Positions 62,354 through 64,000 of a stretch of 64,000 nt of DNA are shown in pieces. The DNA lies in the NCBI GenBank assembly GCA_902825845.1, contig CADECM010000001.1, positions 98,831 through 162,830 on the forward strand. Direction: 5' to 3'. The stretch comes from an uncultured beta proteobacterium (GTDB taxonomy: Bacteria; Pseudomonadota; Gammaproteobacteria; Burkholderiales; SG8-41). Both the position numbers and the translations under genes were made by a program. The notes under the pieces were generated by a model that did not search any database, was not told the origin of the DNA, and saw only the letters and a list, made by a program, of their open reading frames with translations. Numbering within the stretch: the stretch's first letter is position 1; every line of letters starts with the position of its first letter.

Positions 62354-63778
62354 ATGCCCAACCCATTCGACGTGGTAGTCATCGGCGCCGGCCCTGGCGG
62401 CTATATTGCCGCAATTCGCGCGGCGCAACTCGGCATGAAGGTGGCCTGCATCGATGAATGGCAGACACCGGAGGGTAAGCCCGCGCCTGGCGGCACCTGC
62501 ACCAACGTGGGCTGCATACCGTCGAAGGCATTGCTGCAGTCCTCGGAAAATTATGATCACGCCGCGCACGCGTTTGCCGAGCATGGCATCAAAGTCAGCG
62601 GCCTGACGATGGATGTTGCGCAGATGTTGAAGCGCAAAGACAAGGTGGTGAAGCAGAATAATGAAGGCATTCTCTACCTGTTCAAGAAAAACAAGGTGAC
62701 CTTTTTCCACGGCAGAGGGACGTTCGCTGGGGGTGCCGCGGGCGCATGGCAGATCAAGGTTGGCGGCAAGAACGAAGAAAATCTGACCGCCAAGCACGTG
62801 ATCGTAGCCACGGGCTCCACACCGCGCGCGCTTCCCGGCGCGGCGTTTGACAAGCAGCGGATTCTCGACAATGCAGGCGCACTGGCGATGACCGAAGTGC
62901 CCAAGCGGCTGGGCGTGATCGGCGCGGGCGTGATCGGACTGGAAATGGGCAGCGTGTGGCGGCGCCTTGGCGCGAACGTCACGATACTCGAAGCACTGCC
63001 GGCATTCCTCGGCGCGGCCGATGAGTCGGTCGCAAAAGAGGCACAAAAAACTTTTCAAAAACAGAAGCTTGCCATACATACCGGGGTCAAGGTGGAGGCG
63101 GTGAAATGTGCGGAAGCGGTGACGGTCAGCTACAGCGACAGTGCAGGCAAAGCGCAAACGCTGGTGGTGGATAAGCTCATCGTATCCATCGGCCGCGTGC
63201 CGCATACCGCGGGACTGAATGCGCAAGCGGTCGGACTCAAGCTCGACGAACGCGGATTTGTGGCAGTTGACGAGCACTGCAAAACCAACCTCGGCAACGT
63301 GTGGGCGGTGGGTGACGTGGTGCGCGGACCCATGCTCGCGCACAAAGCCGAAGAAGAAGGCGTGGCGGTTGCGCAGCGCATCGCCGGCAAGTACGGCCAC
63401 GTCGATTTCAACACCGTGCCGTGGGTGATTTATACCGCGCCGGAAATCGCCTGGGTCGGCAAAACCGAACAACAAGTGAAAGCCGAAGGCGTCGAGTATC
63501 GCTGCGGGTCGTTTCCGTTCATGGCCAATGGCCGCGCGCGGGCTTTGGGTGATACCACCGGATTCGTAAAGATCGTCGCCGACAAACGCACCGACCGTAT
63601 TCTCGGTGTGCATATCATCGGACCCATGGCCTCGGAGCTGATCGCGGAAGCCGTGGTGGCAATGGAGTTCGGCGCATCCAGCGAAGACATTGCCATGATC
63701 TGCCATGCACATCCGTCGCTATCGGAGGCGATGAAGGAAGCGGCGCTGGCGGTGGATGACAGGACGCTGAATCTTTGA
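62354..63778 (+). CDS. lpdA: dihydrolipoyl dehydrogenase (E3)
   Basis: ATG 62354 ([17 protein letters not shown]). Redox-active [13 protein letters not shown]. The ORF-track start 62291 lies in the repeat element. Confidence 0.96.
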   Translation: MPNPFDVVVIGAGPGGYIAAIRAAQLGMKVACIDEWQTPEGKPAPGGTCTNVGCIPSKALLQSSENYDHAAHAFAEHGIKVSGLTMDVAQMLKRKDKVVKQNNEGILYLFKKNKVTFFHGRGTFAGGAAGAWQIKVGGKNEENLTAKHVIVATGSTPRALPGAAFDKQRILDNAGALAMTEVPKRLGVIGAGVIGLEMGSVWRRLGANVTILEALPAFLGAADESVAKEAQKTFQKQKLAIHTGVKVEAVKCAEAVTVSYSDSAGKAQTLVVDKLIVSIGRVPHTAGLNAQAVGLKLDERGFVAVDEHCKTNLGNVWAVGDVVRGPMLAHKAEEEGVAVAQRIAGKYGHVDFNTVPWVIYTAPEIAWVGKTEQQVKAEGVEYRCGSFPFMANGRARALGDTTGFVKIVADKRTDRILGVHIIGPMASELIAEAVVAMEFGASSEDIAMICHAHPSLSEAMKEAALAVDDRTLNL

Positions 63779-63780
63779 AA

Positions 63781-63845
63781 GGGCGAGGGCGTTAAGGCGT
63801 TAATGAGGTACCCCTTTCACGCCTTTACCACTTCACGCCTTCACG
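63781..63845. repeat. octamer-periodic hairpin repeat (same family)
   Basis: GGCGTTAA GGCGTTAA ... CCTTTCAC GCCTTTAC CACTTCAC GCCTTCAC, immediately after the lpdA stop. Confidence 0.65.
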
Positions 63846-63854
63846 ATTTCTTTT

Positions 63855-64000
63855 GTGAACGACCCCACCCAATACGGACACACGACCTTAACCCGCGACA
63901 GTGCAGATGCGGCGCAATGGATCGCGCAACACGCGGCCGAACACGGCTTCTCGCTGGATGCCTCCCAGCGCAGGGCGATTGAGCATCTCGAACGCCTCTA
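63855..64000 (+). CDS. zapE: probable ZapE/AFG1-family ATPase, N-terminal fragment (3' end lies outside the window)
   Basis: Open frame from GTG 63855 to the window end (VNDPTQYGH...GFSLDASQRRAIEHLERL). D-x2-Q-x2-A-x3-L-x2-L pattern, and the common lpdA-zapE synteny. Only 48 aa are visible. Confidence 0.45.
   Translation, partial: MNDPTQYGHTTLTRDSADAAQWIAQHAAEHGFSLDASQRRAIEHLERL

Noticed and set aside
57117-63712. 598-aa, 351-aa and 458-aa minus-strand ORFs
   Set aside because: They are antisense to gltA/sucA, sucA and lpdA respectively. All are typical GC-rich shadow frames.

Overview
GC-rich chromosomal segment with betaproteobacterial-type gene order. Most of it is conserved housekeeping: ligA-hpt-galU-mtnP-def; glnD and map on the minus strand; rpsB-tsf-pyrH-frr-uppS-cdsA-dxr-rseP-bamA-skp-lpxD-fabZ-lpxA-lpxB-rnhB; ppsR/ppsA; pyrG-kdsA-eno-ftsB-folD; and a TCA block with prpD-prpC-mdh on the minus strand divergent from sdhCDAB-sdhE-gltA-sucA-sucB-lpdA-zapE. 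I found no rRNA, tRNA, CRISPR array, transposase or integrase. Three accessory insertions interrupt the core. (1) A divergent SenB-like glycosyltransferase and EgtB/SenA-like synthase sit between rnhB and a TrmH methyltransferase (22.0-24.3 kb). (2) A secreted protein of unknown function lies at 25.3-26.1 kb. (3) The main candidate for an undescribed system is a tightly packed ~12.6 kb operon at 35.0-47.6 kb. It encodes a GntR/HutC regulator, an AprA-like flavoprotein, a short AprB-like di-cluster ferredoxin and a HEAT-repeat protein. It also encodes an Azotobacter-type ferredoxin homolog that has lost most of its cluster cysteines, and a NitT/TauT-type ABC importer whose binding protein carries an extra NosL-like C-terminal domain. 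The last two genes are a 1306-aa DUF971 / GltD(NfnB)-like / PyrK(NfnA)-like fusion oxidoreductase and an LLM-class monooxygenase. Upstream is a perfect sigma54 -24/-12 element with a consensus IHF site, followed directly by a palindrome. Other observations are a family of octamer-periodic GTGAACG-type hairpin repeats at gene ends (two of them bracket lpdA), an unannotated 45-aa lipoprotein gene, and an unusual mdh-prpC-prpD arrangement. Functional calls for the accessory genes rest on motif recognition by eye and need HMM or BLAST confirmation.
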